Below, one piece after another: positions 62,584-64,000 of a stretch of 64,000 nt of DNA (position 1 is its first letter; each line of letters opens with the position of its first letter). The stretch is from Campylobacterales bacterium (lineage in GTDB: Bacteria; Campylobacterota; Campylobacteria; Campylobacterales; JALSKU01), in NCBI GenBank assembly GCA_027044945.1, contig JALUBK010000038.1, positions 8,635 through 72,634 on the forward strand. The letters run 5' to 3'. The notes below the pieces were generated by a model. That model worked only from the letters and a program-made list of their open reading frames with translations. It did not search any database and was not told where the DNA came from. A program made the translations under genes and the position numbers.

Positions 62584-63912
62584 CTAACTTAAATAATTAG
62601 TATCATAATTGTTTTCAATAAAATCGACATTTTTCATCATTTTTTGATGAAAAGGAATAGTTGTTTTAATGCCTTCAACTCCAAATTCATTTAAAGCTTC
62701 TTTCATTTTTGCTATAGCTCTTTTTCTATCTTCTGCCCAAATTATAAGCTTTCCAATCATTGAATCGTAATATGGAGAAACAACATAATTACAATATACA
62801 TGTGAATCAATTCTTACATTTCTACCACCTGGAATAATCCATTTCGTAATTTTTCCAGGACTTGGTATGAATTTATTAGGATCTTCTGCTGTAATCCTAC
62901 ACTCAATAGCATGACCTTTTAAAGTGATATCTTCTTGCGAAGGCAATCTTTCACCTTCTGCTACTTTTATCATTAATTCAATAATATCCAAACCGCTAAC
63001 CATTTCACTAACAGTATGTTCAACTTGCAATCTTGTATTCATTTCCATAAAATAAAAATTTTTATCACTATCTACCAAAAACTCAAAAGTCCCTGCACTT
63101 TTATATCCAATGGCTTTTGTCGCCTTTATTGCTGTGTCATGTAATTTTTTTCTTATTGTTTCATCTAAAATAACAGCAGGAGATTCTTCTATAAGTTTTT
63201 GGTGTCTTCTTTGTAAAGAACAATCTCTTTCTCCTATATGAATAGCGTTTCCATATTCGTCTGCAACAACTTGAACTTCTATATGTCTTGGATTTTTTAT
63301 ATATTTTTCCATATACAAAGTTCCATCTCCAAAAGCATTTAATGCTTCACTTCCTGCAGACAAAAAAGCATTTTCAAGATTTTCTTCGCTTTCGACAATC
63401 CTCATGCCTCTTCCTCCGCCTCCTGCACTTGCTTTGACAATCACAGGATACCCTATCCATTTTGCAGTTTTTTTAGCATCTTCTAAATCTCTTAAAGCCC
63501 CTTCACTTCCTAAAATCACAGGAACTCCAGCTTTTTTCATCACTTCTTTGGCTTTTGATTTATCACTCATTGTAGCCATAAGTTCTACTGAGGGGCCTAT
63601 GAAATTTATCTTTTGATGTTTGCATATTTCTACAAAATTTTGATTTTCACTCAAAAAACCATATCCAGGAAATACGGCATCACATCCACTTATATCAATA
63701 GCAGACATAATAGAAGGAATATTCAAATAACTTTCATTTGATTTGGCACCGCCTATACAAATAGCTAAATCTGCAAATTTTAAATACTCAGCATCTTTAT
63801 CAGCAGTAGAATAAATAGCAACAGCAGTTTTGCCCATCTCTTTTATAGTTCTTATAGCCCTTAATGCGATTTCTCCTCTGTTAGCAACAAGTATTTTTTG
63901 AATTTTTTTCAT
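62584..63912 (-). CDS. accC: Acetyl-CoA carboxylase biotin carboxylase subunit
   Basis: 442 aa. ILVANRGEIA.R, GGGGRGMR and EMNTR.QVEH motifs. Confidence 0.97.
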   Translation of the reverse strand: MKKIQKILVANRGEIALRAIRTIKEMGKTAVAIYSTADKDAEYLKFADLAICIGGAKSNESYLNIPSIMSAIDISGCDAVFPGYGFLSENQNFVEICKHQKINFIGPSVELMATMSDKSKAKEVMKKAGVPVILGSEGALRDLEDAKKTAKWIGYPVIVKASAGGGGRGMRIVESEENLENAFLSAGSEALNAFGDGTLYMEKYIKNPRHIEVQVVADEYGNAIHIGERDCSLQRRHQKLIEESPAVILDETIRKKLHDTAIKATKAIGYKSAGTFEFLVDSDKNFYFMEMNTRLQVEHTVSEMVSGLDIIELMIKVAEGERLPSQEDITLKGHAIECRITAEDPNKFIPSPGKITKWIIPGGRNVRIDSHVYCNYVVSPYYDSMIGKLIIWAEDRKRAIAKMKEALNEFGVEGIKTTIPFHQKMMKNVDFIENNYDTNYLS

Positions 63913-63929
63913 TTTTATAACTTCTTAAT

Positions 63930-64000
63930 TTATATTTTTTCTACACAAAAAATTGGTTGGTCATATTCAACAGGCTCTCCATCATTGACTAAAATTTCCA
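63930..64000 (-). CDS. accB: Biotin carboxyl carrier protein, C-terminal end (5' part outside the window)
   Basis: Manual translation gives ...EILVNDGEPVEYDQPIFCVEKI*, the typical BCCP C-terminus. It lies directly upstream of accC. Confidence 0.75.
   Translation of the reverse strand, partial: EILVNDGEPVEYDQPIFCVEKI

Overview
The window is very AT-rich (roughly 27-30% GC by eye) bacterial chromosome with gene content and synteny typical of Campylobacterota (epsilonproteobacteria). L30 and adk are absent from the ribosomal cluster, thyX is present, flagellar genes have sigma54-type promoters, and several neighbourhoods resemble Campylobacter or Helicobacter ones. I cannot name a genus from sequence alone.

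Layout:
- 1-13.5 kb, minus strand: the S10-spc-alpha ribosomal superoperon, rpsJ through rpoA (rpoA truncated at the window edge). It includes secY, map, infA and an rpmJ the ORF track missed.
- 13.6-20.1 kb: signalling genes. These are a membrane PAS-GGDEF-EAL protein overlapped by a di-haem cytochrome c peroxidase, a degenerate AAA_14-type ATPase, and a PAS histidine kinase with an OmpR-type regulator.
- 18.2-37.7 kb, minus strand: one 21-gene co-directional array running panD-ybaB-PDZ-ispA-tkt-aminotransferase-hisZ-purA-fliJ-like, then a six-gene Hyf/Hyc-like complex, then MgtE_N protein-DUF507-carA-HK-RR.
- 37.8-43.4 kb: a NIT-domain hybrid kinase phosphorelay cluster.
- 43.5-64 kb: housekeeping genes (secG, frr, pyrE, typA, thyX, gdhA, malic enzyme, gltX, accC, accB) and a fliK-flgD-flgE-paralog-flgE hook cluster.

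No tRNA, rRNA, CRISPR array, transposase or integrase was seen.

Most interesting finding: the six-gene group-4-hydrogenase-like membrane complex at 22.35-29.43 kb. Its large subunit has lost all NiFe-ligand cysteines, while its NuoB-like subunit keeps the [4Fe-4S] cysteines. It has no ferredoxin-type subunit, and it is translationally coupled on both sides to flagellar-associated genes.

All homology statements come from by-eye motif and sequence recognition, not from searches.
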